Shown here in pieces: positions 37,863 through 47,474 of a DNA stretch of 64,000 nt. The notes beneath the pieces are model-generated. The model had not been told where the DNA came from, did not search any database, and saw only the letters and a list, made by a program, of their open reading frames with translations. Position 1 is the stretch's first letter, and the number at the start of each line of letters is the position of its first letter. Source of the stretch: a virus; the IMG/VR virus record IMGVR_UViG_3300045988_115635, positions 1 through 64,000 of that record; one strand, 5' to 3'. Made by a program: the position numbers and the translations under genes.

Positions 37863-39074
37863 TTAATCAAAAGGGATGTCGTTGTCATACACTCCACTCT
37901 GTACGTCCTGCCAAGGAATTGTATAAGGTGCTTGTGATGGAGTTGGTACGGCTGTAGGAATCTGCTGTACTTGCTGTACTGGCTGCGTAGGAACATCTTG
38001 AACAGGAGCAGCCTGAACGGGTTGAGCAGCAATAGTTTGAGCAGGTTGAGCCACTACTTGTGTAACTGGCTGTGCTACCTGCGTAACAGGTTGAGCAGGA
38101 ATGCCTTGCATAGGAACAGGCTGCTGTACTGGCTGTGCCTGCTGTACTGGCTGAACAGGTTGAGCAGCCTGCTGCAAAGCCTGCGTAGCACTCGCTACCG
38201 TTGCGTTAGGCTTATAACCTACATTTTCATTTGCATAACCCTCTACTTGAATACCGCAAGAATTATATGCCTGGGGTGTACCCATACTTGCCACTAAATC
38301 AGCAAGGGTTCTGGTCATATATGGCTTATAAGGCGTGTTATCGGTTTCGCCTGTCTGAAAATTCAAACGATTAAAACGATAGGTGCGTTCATCAATGCGC
38401 TGAATTTCCCAGTCATAGTAAGTAATGGAATCAAAATAAGTTGGGTCCTGGTCGTTGAGGATAGACCAGAAGTTACCATAAGCCTGGTTAACCATTACAA
38501 CCTCTGGGATCATTTCACCATCTTTTTCAATCATCTTGTCTTTGATTGATTTTACCTGCTTATCAGGGATACCCATGCTATTTACAGTAGTTTCATATTC
38601 AGCTTCACGAACAACAGCATAACCATACAAACGGGGTGAAGGATTATTCTTAGCCATGTACTTACGCCCGTTGTATTCTTTTTCAACTTCTTGCTCACAA
38701 AGAGGGCAAGAATAAGGCTGCTGATTCTCTGGGTCGTTCAAACACCATACAGAACGATTAGCACCCTTTACAAAGTGAAAATCACCGCCAGCAGTTCCTT
38801 CTTTTACGTCTACAATATCAGCGTCAGAAAAAGGCTTGCCACATACAGGGCAAACAATAGGCTTACCCTCTGCTATACCTTTATCCCATTCCATCTTTGG
38901 AATTTCGATATTGCAATTACAGCCTACTGATGCGTGATTTACTACTACACAATCAACCATTGGAGTTAAGAAGCGCAAAATTGCACTTTCTCCCTTTTTC
39001 AGACTAAACCAACCAAAACCACCATTGCCTTTGGTGTTCTGTTCCTTAGACAAACGCGCTGCAACATTCAACAT
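37863..39074 (-). CDS. ssDNA-binding-like protein with zinc ribbon, Q/P/V-rich low-complexity linker and C-terminal DIPF tail
   Basis: CPVCGK..CPLCEQE zinc ribbon; QPVQPVQQAQPVQQPV... repeats; terminal YDNDIPFD resembles the SSB C-terminal DDDIPF motif. Confidence 0.45.
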   Translation of the reverse strand: MLNVAARLSKEQNTKGNGGFGWFSLKKGESAILRFLTPMVDCVVVNHASVGCNCNIEIPKMEWDKGIAEGKPIVCPVCGKPFSDADIVDVKEGTAGGDFHFVKGANRSVWCLNDPENQQPYSCPLCEQEVEKEYNGRKYMAKNNPSPRLYGYAVVREAEYETTVNSMGIPDKQVKSIKDKMIEKDGEMIPEVVMVNQAYGNFWSILNDQDPTYFDSITYYDWEIQRIDERTYRFNRLNFQTGETDNTPYKPYMTRTLADLVASMGTPQAYNSCGIQVEGYANENVGYKPNATVASATQALQQAAQPVQPVQQAQPVQQPVPMQGIPAQPVTQVAQPVTQVVAQPAQTIAAQPVQAAPVQDVPTQPVQQVQQIPTAVPTPSQAPYTIPWQDVQSGVYDNDIPFD

Positions 39075-39760
39075 GTTTTCTCCTTACTCTTTTTAAACAA
39101 TTCCATTAGAACGTGTGCCATATAACGTTCAATCTTTACGCCTTTTTGAAATGTAAAAACGTCAAATTCAACAGCATACCCGTTTTTAACTGATTTTCGA
39201 ATACCTGCTTTAATTTCCATTTTCATATTTCTAATATAAGCAGCATCTAATAGGTATTTAACCCAAGTATCTACCTCACTTTCGTCCGTTTCCTCCATGA
39301 TAATATCTGGCTCTTTGTAATAAGCACATCGAGTAATTATTTCAGGTTCTGCCAATACAGGATTAGTTGTTTTTACTGTTTTAACAGATACAACCTCATT
39401 ATTTGTTTTAGCGTCATATTCGGCGCGTTTTACTGGGTCTGATAAAACCTCATAGGCTTTAAAAATCTCTAAGAATGTTTCTTCATTGCCGCCGTGGTCA
39501 GGGTGATTTTCTATCAAGGCTTCTTTTGCTGCCTTTTTAATCTCCTGCTCTGTAGCGTGAGAATCTACTTCTAAGATTTTGTACAGACCGTCAACATCTA
39601 AACAAGGTTTGTATAGTCGAACTATATCTTTATCAGACGAAAAGAAAACTTTTCCACCTGTCAAAGAAAGAACTAATCCATCTGGCACAGGGTTATTTGC
39701 TACCCTTTTCCTTATTGGCGTTTTCTTCTTTCTTTTCGGTTTCGACTTTAGAACAACCAT
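39068..39760 (-). CDS. J-domain (DnaJ-like) protein
   Basis: YKILEVDSHATEQEIKKAAKEALIENHPDHGG (HPD motif). Confidence 0.7.
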   Translation of the reverse strand: MVVLKSKPKRKKKTPIRKRVANNPVPDGLVLSLTGGKVFFSSDKDIVRLYKPCLDVDGLYKILEVDSHATEQEIKKAAKEALIENHPDHGGNEETFLEIFKAYEVLSDPVKRAEYDAKTNNEVVSVKTVKTTNPVLAEPEIITRCAYYKEPDIIMEETDESEVDTWVKYLLDAAYIRNMKMEIKAGIRKSVKNGYAVEFDVFTFQKGVKIERYMAHVLMELFKKSKEKTC

Positions 39761-39892
39761 TTTCCTTTTCTGATACTTTCAAATTTTTGGTTTTTACTGC
39801 ATTAAACTTTTTGAATGCCATTGTGTTACCTCCTTTAAAACAATAGTACCACTTTTCAAACAATAATTAAGAAAATAATTAAGAAAATAATT

Positions 39893-40789
39893 TTAATAGC
39901 ACCAAGAAGGTATTACGCCCTTTTTGTAGATAGCTTCGATGCATTCTTCTTTAGTCTTTGCCGCTGGGTCGTCTCTCGTAGGCTGAACTACGAACACCTT
40001 ACAATGAGGCTCTAACATTGATATTGCTTTTTTAGTACCATGATAACCCGCTGGGTCTGGGTCATAAAAAATAAGCACATTATCAAAGTTAGCACGTATT
40101 AGCCTTGCTTGGCCCTCTGATAATTGACAGCCAAAAGTAGCTACAGCGTTATGTATTCCGTATTGGTCTAGTTTAATCGCTGATAATGGCGCTTCTACTA
40201 GCACGCATGAATCAGAATCTACATTATCTAAACCAAACAAAATATACTCTCGTGGTAAATCAGGCGAATGTAGCCACTTAGGAATAGTTGCGTTATTTAC
40301 ACCTCTAGCAGTCCACCCAATAAGTTCACCTTTGAAGTAAATAGGAACCACAACACGATTCATTTCTTGCGAGTAGCCTAATTTCCACTTTTTAATAGTT
40401 TCATCATTGAAGCCACGATCATACCAGTATTGATGCTTGTTATTGAGCCAATTAGTAATATCTCGCTCTAATGGGGTAACTTGTTTAATCTCTCTCGTAC
40501 CGCTAGACATAATTTTTAGCAGTTCTTCTTTAGTAACTTCACCATAAATAAGATTTATAGCTTGTGACTTGCTACACTGCTTTTTACTCATTACTAAAGA
40601 GATTAAAGACCCTGAAAAACCACAAGCGAAACAATGATGTTTGAGTGTTTTCAAGTTTAAGGACCAGGAGGGTTTTCTGTCTCCGTGCTTGTGGTTTTCA
40701 GGGCAAGGACAGCTTGCCCATAATTCATCTTTTTCAATACGTGAATTTTTGAGGTCAAGCAGTTCTATTATTTTATCAGCAGTTACCAT
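39893..40789 (-). CDS. dnaG: DNA primase (CHC2 zinc finger + TOPRIM)
   Basis: CPCPENHKHGD...CFACG; TOPRIM VLVEAPLSAIKLDQ...DPDPAG. Confidence 0.75.
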   Translation of the reverse strand: MVTADKIIELLDLKNSRIEKDELWASCPCPENHKHGDRKPSWSLNLKTLKHHCFACGFSGSLISLVMSKKQCSKSQAINLIYGEVTKEELLKIMSSGTREIKQVTPLERDITNWLNNKHQYWYDRGFNDETIKKWKLGYSQEMNRVVVPIYFKGELIGWTARGVNNATIPKWLHSPDLPREYILFGLDNVDSDSCVLVEAPLSAIKLDQYGIHNAVATFGCQLSEGQARLIRANFDNVLIFYDPDPAGYHGTKKAISMLEPHCKVFVVQPTRDDPAAKTKEECIEAIYKKGVIPSWCY

Positions 40790-42084
40790 CTTTCTACCCG
40801 CTTTGGTATGCCGTTTTCGTCTTTAATAAGATCAATTAAAGCCTGACGCTTTAGTTCCCAGCGCAATTTATAACCCATATTCCCGTAACGCCTTGTTTTC
40901 AGGGTTACTAATTTCATAATAGATATTTTGCTTTCTTCTTCTGTATTACCTAACGCCCAAATAACATCAGCTAACTGTTCTACTACAGATGAATGAGCAA
41001 TATCTTGCGCTGTACCTATGCCGTCTTTAGCATTTTTAACACCTTCACGTGTCATTTGATGTAGTAACAACATAGGCGTTTTTACATTATCAGCGGGTGA
41101 AGCTATCAAGTTTTTAATTGTATAAATACAATCAGCAGTTTGTTCGTAAAGGCTTTGAATTTTGGGGTTTTTAGTTACGAACTGCAACTGGTCAACAATA
41201 ATAAAGTTACACCCGTTCATTTTGGCGTTTTGAACCAAATCTGACGGGGTACGTTCCTTCATTGAGGGCTGATCAATTACTAACCTACCTGGTAACTGTC
41301 CTATCTCGTCTCTGGCTCTGTCTAATGCCTGAATATACCTAGGCATTTCCACGCCTTTTAAAAACTGGTCTACAGGAACAACAACATCGTTTCTGTTAAC
41401 CCATAACAACTCTGTACGCCTGCCAATATCGAACGGGTCAAGTTCGAGTGTCGCAAAATATACGTTCCAACCTCTCTCGGCTGCTCTAAGAGCCGTTAAA
41501 GCTGCAAACCACGTTTTACCCTTACCAGTAGGAGCAACCAGTACAGCAAGCTCTCCTGGCTTTATACCGCCTGTTTCAACGTTTAATTCATCAAAGGGGT
41601 ATGGCGCGCCATTTTCATTTATTTTTGCATTAGCAAGCTTTTTGTATACGTCCATATTTTCGCCGTATACAATTTTTTGCTGCCTTGGAGTTACGTTATC
41701 CACTATTGCAGATAAGCTATCACGTAACAACTTAGCTTTATAGCAAGAATCAATATCAGCATCAATCAGACCAGAACGCACGACTTCCGTCATTTGCATA
41801 AAAGTGTATTGGTCCTTTAATTTTTTAGATAAATAAGCGGGTGCTGCCCCCTCTGCATTTGCTATTAAAACATCGTAGTCGCTAAATTTATTCCTTAGAA
41901 TATCAACTGTCGGTGCAGACTTCATAGCTGAATAATTAAGCCAGTAGTCTATAGCAAAGTCATAAATTTCACCCATCTTTTCATCAGCAAAATGGGTTTT
42001 GTCTATTCCCTCTTGATAAAAGACCATTAAAGCATCGGCGTTGGTAACAGCTTTAACAATCTCTGTTTCTACGTCTAATGCCAT
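40783..42084 (-). CDS. dnaB: DnaB-family replicative helicase
   Basis: Walker A LVAPTGKGKT, RecA-like C-terminal fold. Confidence 0.75.
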   Translation of the reverse strand: MALDVETEIVKAVTNADALMVFYQEGIDKTHFADEKMGEIYDFAIDYWLNYSAMKSAPTVDILRNKFSDYDVLIANAEGAAPAYLSKKLKDQYTFMQMTEVVRSGLIDADIDSCYKAKLLRDSLSAIVDNVTPRQQKIVYGENMDVYKKLANAKINENGAPYPFDELNVETGGIKPGELAVLVAPTGKGKTWFAALTALRAAERGWNVYFATLELDPFDIGRRTELLWVNRNDVVVPVDQFLKGVEMPRYIQALDRARDEIGQLPGRLVIDQPSMKERTPSDLVQNAKMNGCNFIIVDQLQFVTKNPKIQSLYEQTADCIYTIKNLIASPADNVKTPMLLLHQMTREGVKNAKDGIGTAQDIAHSSVVEQLADVIWALGNTEEESKISIMKLVTLKTRRYGNMGYKLRWELKRQALIDLIKDENGIPKRVERW

Positions 42085-42897
42085 TTAATAAATCCTCTTT
42101 AGCTTACGTTTTGCATTTGCTTGATGCCTATAGTCAGACCCGCTTACAGATACTAAGTCACATGTTTCTGTTAACAATGATACGAAATAACTACCATATA
42201 CTTTTTCAACACCTGATGGACAGTCGAGGTTAGTTGTAAAGATAGTTGCTCGTGACTGTTGTGTTCTAACCCTTAAAAGATTTTCGATCTGCTTTTTGGC
42301 GTATTTATTGCCTTTGTCAGAATCTAATTCTTTGCCAAGATCATCAATCACTAAGATTCTTGCACTACTGATTTTAGTTTTATGCCAGTCCGCGAACTCT
42401 GGGTCGTTCCAGCCTTTTTTAGTATCATCAATCAAACTTTTAGAAGTTGTTAGATAACATTCGATACCACGTAAAACTACTTGCTTTAAGAACAAAGCAG
42501 AAAGCATCGTTTTACCAGTACCAGCAGGACCAAATAAAATAAACCCTTTACCTGTCATCATATTTTCTTGGAGGTTTTGCAACCACGTAAGCACATAGTT
42601 TTTGGCGTTTACGTCTCCTACAAAATCCTCCCAGGTTAAGCGTTGGTAAGTGATACCAATACCAGCGTTAAGGTAGTGTTTGTAGCGTTGTAGTTGGTCT
42701 TTACAATTACAAATGTATTGCTTGCCATCTACCTCTAATATGCCGTCTACGCCCTCTCCTTGGTTCTTAAAACAAGTAGGGCAATACTCCAAGTAATCGG
42801 ACCCAAGATCAGGATAAAATTTATAAAGTTTATCAGCATCTTGTTGTGACAATGCAACATCGACTAATGGAGAATCTTCTAAACGTTCTACAGCCAT
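42085..42897 (-). CDS. DnaC/DnaI-like AAA+ helicase loader
   Basis: ILFGPAGTGKTMLS Walker A, VIDDLG Walker B. Confidence 0.65.
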   Translation of the reverse strand: MAVERLEDSPLVDVALSQQDADKLYKFYPDLGSDYLEYCPTCFKNQGEGVDGILEVDGKQYICNCKDQLQRYKHYLNAGIGITYQRLTWEDFVGDVNAKNYVLTWLQNLQENMMTGKGFILFGPAGTGKTMLSALFLKQVVLRGIECYLTTSKSLIDDTKKGWNDPEFADWHKTKISSARILVIDDLGKELDSDKGNKYAKKQIENLLRVRTQQSRATIFTTNLDCPSGVEKVYGSYFVSLLTETCDLVSVSGSDYRHQANAKRKLKRIY

Positions 42898-43250
42898 ATA
42901 TCTTGGTCCACCTCTTTAGTATTAGATTCAGCCAAAGCAGAATCGGTTAACCACCTGAATTTTTTAGAAAATAATTCTTTGCCAATAGGCTTGTTTTTAA
43001 ACCTGCCACCCCATTCACCATAGATGTAAGAAACAATCTTAATAGCATCATCTTTGCCGTAGTCTCTTACAAAGCATTCAACACTGCGCATTGCAGGCGC
43101 GGTAAACATGCTTTTCTGATTCATGGGATCGATACTAAAAAGAGACATATAACAATTCCTAAAATTGTCATACACCTCTTTAATATCAGGGTTATTTTCG
43201 TAAATGTTATGTGCCGTCCCTGGTATATTTTTTAAGTCCATAGTTATCAC
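42888..43250 (-). CDS. hypothetical protein (120 aa)
   Basis: ORF. Confidence 0.5.
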   Translation of the reverse strand: MITMDLKNIPGTAHNIYENNPDIKEVYDNFRNCYMSLFSIDPMNQKSMFTAPAMRSVECFVRDYGKDDAIKIVSYIYGEWGGRFKNKPIGKELFSKKFRWLTDSALAESNTKEVDQDIWL

Positions 43251-43704
43251 AGATTCCGTTTATTACTCTAGCTGCTTCTATAGGGTCATTTATAGGTAAG
43301 ACAGCTTCAATGTTTTTATTCTCAATATCTTCACCATCAAGGCTAAAGACTATATTAAAGCTATATCGACTTAATATAGTCTCAATTTCGGTTTCGAGAA
43401 TCTTTTTCAATGATTCATCTTGAACCTCGTCAATAAATTCAATTGGTAAATCCCTTGACACAATCAACTTTAAGGGTTGGTACATTTGCGCCATTCCTTT
43501 TACTGATTCGTTGGTAAGCATTAAATCAAATAAAAGTTGATTGATAGAGAGATTCAAAAGTTCGTCATTACCAAACTCAAAGTTTGGCATGCGTCTAAAT
43601 ATCTCAAAGGAGGTATGGTGATAATCTATGCAATTACTAAGCACCTTTGAAAACTTTCGTTTTTCTGCAAGGCTACCACCATATAGACCAATGTTTAATA
43701 TCAT
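43207..43704 (-). CDS. hypothetical protein (165 aa)
   Basis: ORF. Confidence 0.5.
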   Translation of the reverse strand: MILNIGLYGGSLAEKRKFSKVLSNCIDYHHTSFEIFRRMPNFEFGNDELLNLSINQLLFDLMLTNESVKGMAQMYQPLKLIVSRDLPIEFIDEVQDESLKKILETEIETILSRYSFNIVFSLDGEDIENKNIEAVLPINDPIEAARVINGICDNYGLKKYTRDGT

Positions 43705-43982
43705 CGTGCCATTGCCGCCTGTTGTTTTGCTATAGCCTGATCAGAAATGTTTTGTGCAATACGATCAATTTCTTCATCACAAACTTTTTCGCAATCATGA
43801 TTCATTTGATGCATTACTTGCGTCAATAATTCCTGTGTTGGATACCCTGGTCCGATTTGAGACTTCATAGAAACATCTTTCTTAACCCATGAACCATCGG
43901 GTGCTTGAATTGAAAAGCCTACCTGAACGGTAGCGTCAACACGATAAACACCCTGTTGTTGCAATGTATCAGCGGTACTCAT
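43701..43982 (-). CDS. hypothetical protein (93 aa)
   Basis: ORF. Confidence 0.5.
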   Translation of the reverse strand: MSTADTLQQQGVYRVDATVQVGFSIQAPDGSWVKKDVSMKSQIGPGYPTQELLTQVMHQMNHDCEKVCDEEIDRIAQNISDQAIAKQQAAMAR

Positions 43983-44509
43983 TGGCTTACCTCTATCATC
44001 ATAAATTTCTGTCCGTCTTCACCGTCATATTCCATAAGCCCATTAGCTGAACTTTCGGAATACTCGTCAATAAGCATATTAGCTTCAAAGTCTTTTCGAT
44101 GGATAGTAATAGTACCATCTTCATTTACGTTCATTGGTGCTTCAAAGGTATAAGCAGATGATTCATAAGTAGGGTGCATTGTAACGTTTACACTCTGCAA
44201 ATCATCATCAAAATCTAATTCAAAAGATGGATATTCGTAATACTTATTGTCGTAGTCGCTATATTCATAGACGTTATAGGTATTACCAGAAATAAACTGC
44301 TTAGCCTTAGCCTGCGGTTGGGGGTCTAAGAAGAGTAAAGAAACAATTACTAACGCTAGAATAAATGCAATACAGACTGCGGCAACTGCACAGCCAAAGA
44401 TCAGTGTGTTTCTGTCTTTGGCTGCAAATTTCTTTAGTTGCTCACCCATTTTAATCACCCATAGGCTCAAAGCTATTGAGTTCCCTATTTGCGTAACGAC
44501 CTTCTTCAT
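43979..44509 (-). CDS. membrane-anchored protein (176 aa)
   Basis: N-terminal TM segment FGCAVAAVCIAFILALVIVSLLFL. Confidence 0.5.
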   Translation of the reverse strand: MKKVVTQIGNSIALSLWVIKMGEQLKKFAAKDRNTLIFGCAVAAVCIAFILALVIVSLLFLDPQPQAKAKQFISGNTYNVYEYSDYDNKYYEYPSFELDFDDDLQSVNVTMHPTYESSAYTFEAPMNVNEDGTITIHRKDFEANMLIDEYSESSANGLMEYDGEDGQKFMMIEVSQ

Positions 44510-45035
44510 TCTTAGTCATTTTGCGCAAAACAAGCTTATAGCTTGCAGGCTTTACTGTCATAACATCTTCCGAACAAACAAGGTCGGTAGGAACAAGGTC
44601 ATTAAGACCAACAATAGCCTTTTCGATCTTAGATTCATCAATGATGCGAGGTACAGGGTTTACCTTAGTAACACTCTTGAATGCTTCCCAAGCTTTACCC
44701 TTTTTGTCATTAATATCTTCGCCGTAGTAAGCGTACAAAGCGTTTAACAGATTATCTTCTGTAATTTCGCGCTGTTCACCACGTGCTACTTCACGCTGAA
44801 TTTTCTGCTGGTTATCAAAACCATAGATCGAAGCAGTAGTTTCGCCCGTTTCGTCAATGAGTGAGTTAATAGTAGATTTAATAGCAGAAAGATTCTTGTC
44901 AATTTCTTTCTTTTGCTTGTTAAGATCATCGTAAAGACGAACCAAAGCTTCAGCGCGTTCTGGTTTGTAAAGGTCCTCTTTTGAATAGTCCTTTACTGCT
45001 AAGATTTGTTCAGAAACCTTTTGAATGTCAGCCAT
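44451..45035 (-). CDS. hypothetical protein (194 aa)
   Basis: ORF. Confidence 0.5.
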   Translation of the reverse strand: MADIQKVSEQILAVKDYSKEDLYKPERAEALVRLYDDLNKQKKEIDKNLSAIKSTINSLIDETGETTASIYGFDNQQKIQREVARGEQREITEDNLLNALYAYYGEDINDKKGKAWEAFKSVTKVNPVPRIIDESKIEKAIVGLNDLVPTDLVCSEDVMTVKPASYKLVLRKMTKNEEGRYANRELNSFEPMGD

Positions 45036-45136
45036 TGTAAGCCACCTTTCATCTCCTTGCTTTTGATAATTTAATGATAGCTTAGTGCGCTAAAAGTGTA
45101 AAGAAATAATTGAGATAATTATTTAAATAATTTTAT

Positions 45137-45499
45137 CTACTGAATTACCTTCCAACTTTCGCCCATGTCGGTTGATTTGTTAATAAATGTATCAGAAGGA
45201 AAATTTGCTACCGCAAAATCGACTAATTTGTTTACCTCTGCTTCATTGTCTCCAAAGAACTCAAAGCCAATAGCAGGTAATTTGTCGGTTTCTTTCATAA
45301 GTTCTAGTAGCTGCAAACCGTTGTAGTTTCCACCGTTAGGGGTAATAGCGAACCAGCCTACTTTATCGGCTAACTCTATAATCTTGGGGTCCTGTGTCCA
45401 ACTGTAATTTGTTCGCATTCCTTTGTTAGTTGGTGCAAGCCATACATTTACCCTAGCAGCTACAATTTTCATGATATTTTTCTCCCCATTAAAAGCCAA
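45137..45499 (-). CDS. hypothetical protein (120 aa)
   Basis: ORF. Confidence 0.5.
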   Translation of the reverse strand: MAFNGEKNIMKIVAARVNVWLAPTNKGMRTNYSWTQDPKIIELADKVGWFAITPNGGNYNGLQLLELMKETDKLPAIGFEFFGDNEAEVNKLVDFAVANFPSDTFINKSTDMGESWKVIQ

Positions 45500-47267
45500 G
45501 TATGTAATCTATATTCTTCATTGTATCGTTTTCACCTGCGATCTCATACTCACCAATTCCCATATCTTGCGCTAAGGCTCGTCTACCTGCCATAGTATCT
45601 TCAATGCGTTCTTCTATCGTTTCTCGCGTAACAAAACGATAAATTGTTACGTGATTATGCTGTGAACTAATACGATGGATACGGTCTGATCTTTGGTTGT
45701 ATGCAGAATAGGTCGAAGGGGTATCATAATGAATCAAGTACCTACCTTCTGGTAAGTCTATTCCTTCTTTTCCTGCGTCACTCATTAAGATTAAGTTGTA
45801 ATTTTTATCATGCCTAAAAGCATCACCGATAACTTTTCTTTCTTTTGCACTTTGCTCACCTGTATATAGCAGTGGTTTATATTGCTTTAGATGATTAGCT
45901 AGGGGAATTAAGCAGTTATTAGTGTGTTGAGCAAAGATAATAAGCTTTTCACCTCCACCGATTATCTGGTCCACTAATTCTTCTGCTTTTTGCAATTTTT
46001 CACTATTCTTACTATCTACTAAATCTTTAGCGTATTTTTGAACAATTTGGTGTATATGTTCTAGCTGATCTTTATAAAAGAATATACCGCCGTTATACTG
46101 CCAAATGTCATCGTTGAGTAAAACCTCTGGCATTCGACAGATACGCTCTAACATAAGCATAAATAGCGTTCGCTGCTTAGTATCTGTTTTCTGCTCACGG
46201 TCAAAAGCGCTTACTTCTTTGCCGTAATTTTCTATTTCGTTGTATAGCTTTCGCTCTATTGGTGATAAGTCTAACTCAATAACAATTTCCTGCTTTTCAG
46301 GAAACTCTTTAGCGATTTCAGGGTTTGTTTTCTCGGCAATAAAGGTTTTACCCGCGCTCATTAAGCCCATAATGTCTAAATTTTGAAAACCAAGATAACG
46401 ATTGAACATATCTTTTTCGCCATCGTTATAGGTAAATAGATGTTCAAAATCTTTAACTCTACCGTAAATATCAGGCTCTATAATTCGCCATTCATTATAA
46501 AAATCTTCAGGACCACGTTCTAACGGGGTAGCAGTTAAACCTATCTTGTATTTAACGTCTAGCTTTTTATTAAACTCAATAAATTTCTTATGGCGTGAAC
46601 TTTTCCTATTTTTAAGTCGCTGAACTTCATCGTAAACGATACAAAGCTTTTTACCTTCTAACGCCTTTATGATGTAATGCCAATCTTTAGTGTTTGCTCG
46701 GTCGTAGTTAATAACCCAAATATCACTAGTATCTGTTTGATACCATGCCTGGCGTTTAGATAATGGCTTGTTTCTATCTACTGTTCCTGCTGTTAGCTTT
46801 GTAGCAGTTTCTAACCATGAAACCCACTGCTCAATCAAAGGAGCAGGGCAAAAAACTAAGACTTTATTTATATTTCCTCTATCAAATTCACGGGTGAAAA
46901 ATACTGTGCCTAAACACGTTTTACCAGTGCCACATGAACAAATAAACATGGCGTTATTTTTGCCATCTAAAGCATGTAAACCACGTTTTTGAAAAGCTTT
47001 TAAATCAAAAGGTAAAGTAAGAGATTCGCTCTCAATATTCGATTCGTTTCTTACTTTTTGGAATAACTTTGCAGCATCTTCAGTAAACCCAACGTTTGAT
47101 ACTTTAGACAATCCTTCACAAAGTTCTGTGATGCGATCTGAATTCTTTAGAACGTTGGTTCTACTTACTATAGATGCGTCTTTAAAAGGCTCTAGTACAG
47201 ATTGATCCTCTGCAATTACTTCAAATTGATCTTCGAAATAAGGTGATAGTGCGATGGTAGTATTCAT
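45489..47267 (-). CDS. SNF2-family helicase/ATPase
   Basis: motif I CSCGTGKT, motif II DEVQRL, helicase C-terminal domain. Confidence 0.8.
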   Translation of the reverse strand: MNTTIALSPYFEDQFEVIAEDQSVLEPFKDASIVSRTNVLKNSDRITELCEGLSKVSNVGFTEDAAKLFQKVRNESNIESESLTLPFDLKAFQKRGLHALDGKNNAMFICSCGTGKTCLGTVFFTREFDRGNINKVLVFCPAPLIEQWVSWLETATKLTAGTVDRNKPLSKRQAWYQTDTSDIWVINYDRANTKDWHYIIKALEGKKLCIVYDEVQRLKNRKSSRHKKFIEFNKKLDVKYKIGLTATPLERGPEDFYNEWRIIEPDIYGRVKDFEHLFTYNDGEKDMFNRYLGFQNLDIMGLMSAGKTFIAEKTNPEIAKEFPEKQEIVIELDLSPIERKLYNEIENYGKEVSAFDREQKTDTKQRTLFMLMLERICRMPEVLLNDDIWQYNGGIFFYKDQLEHIHQIVQKYAKDLVDSKNSEKLQKAEELVDQIIGGGEKLIIFAQHTNNCLIPLANHLKQYKPLLYTGEQSAKERKVIGDAFRHDKNYNLILMSDAGKEGIDLPEGRYLIHYDTPSTYSAYNQRSDRIHRISSQHNHVTIYRFVTRETIEERIEDTMAGRRALAQDMGIGEYEIAGENDTMKNIDYILGF

Positions 47268-47280
47268 ATTTTCTCCTTGC

Positions 47281-47413
47281 TCTGAAACACACTATACCAC
47301 CTTTTAGCTTCATTTTTGTTTTACATTCTCAATAAATTTATTGAGATAGAACAAATGTACGTGTTCAATTATTTTATTGACAAAAAAAAGGAGGTATTCA
47401 TAACGAATACCCC
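47281..47413 (-). promoter_or_regulatory. terminator (47382-47413) + Cheo-box-like AGAACAAATGTACG (47349-47360) with CTCAATAAATTTATTGAG palindrome + conserved promoter element (..AATGTAAAACAAAAATGAAG..TGGTATAGT)
   Basis: boundary between the structural and replication blocks. Confidence 0.5.
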
Positions 47414-47474
47414 CTATCAGCGCACCCACATCATTAGAGCAAGGAGATGATGAGTGAATACATACATTATAACA

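Noticed and set aside
16081-47380. Recurrent TTATTGAG / GAACAAATGTTC copies as a CRISPR array or MITE-like mobile element
   Set aside because: The copies are dispersed over 40 kb in intergenic regions, not regularly spaced. They are palindromic operator-like dyads with no terminal inverted repeats or target-site duplications.
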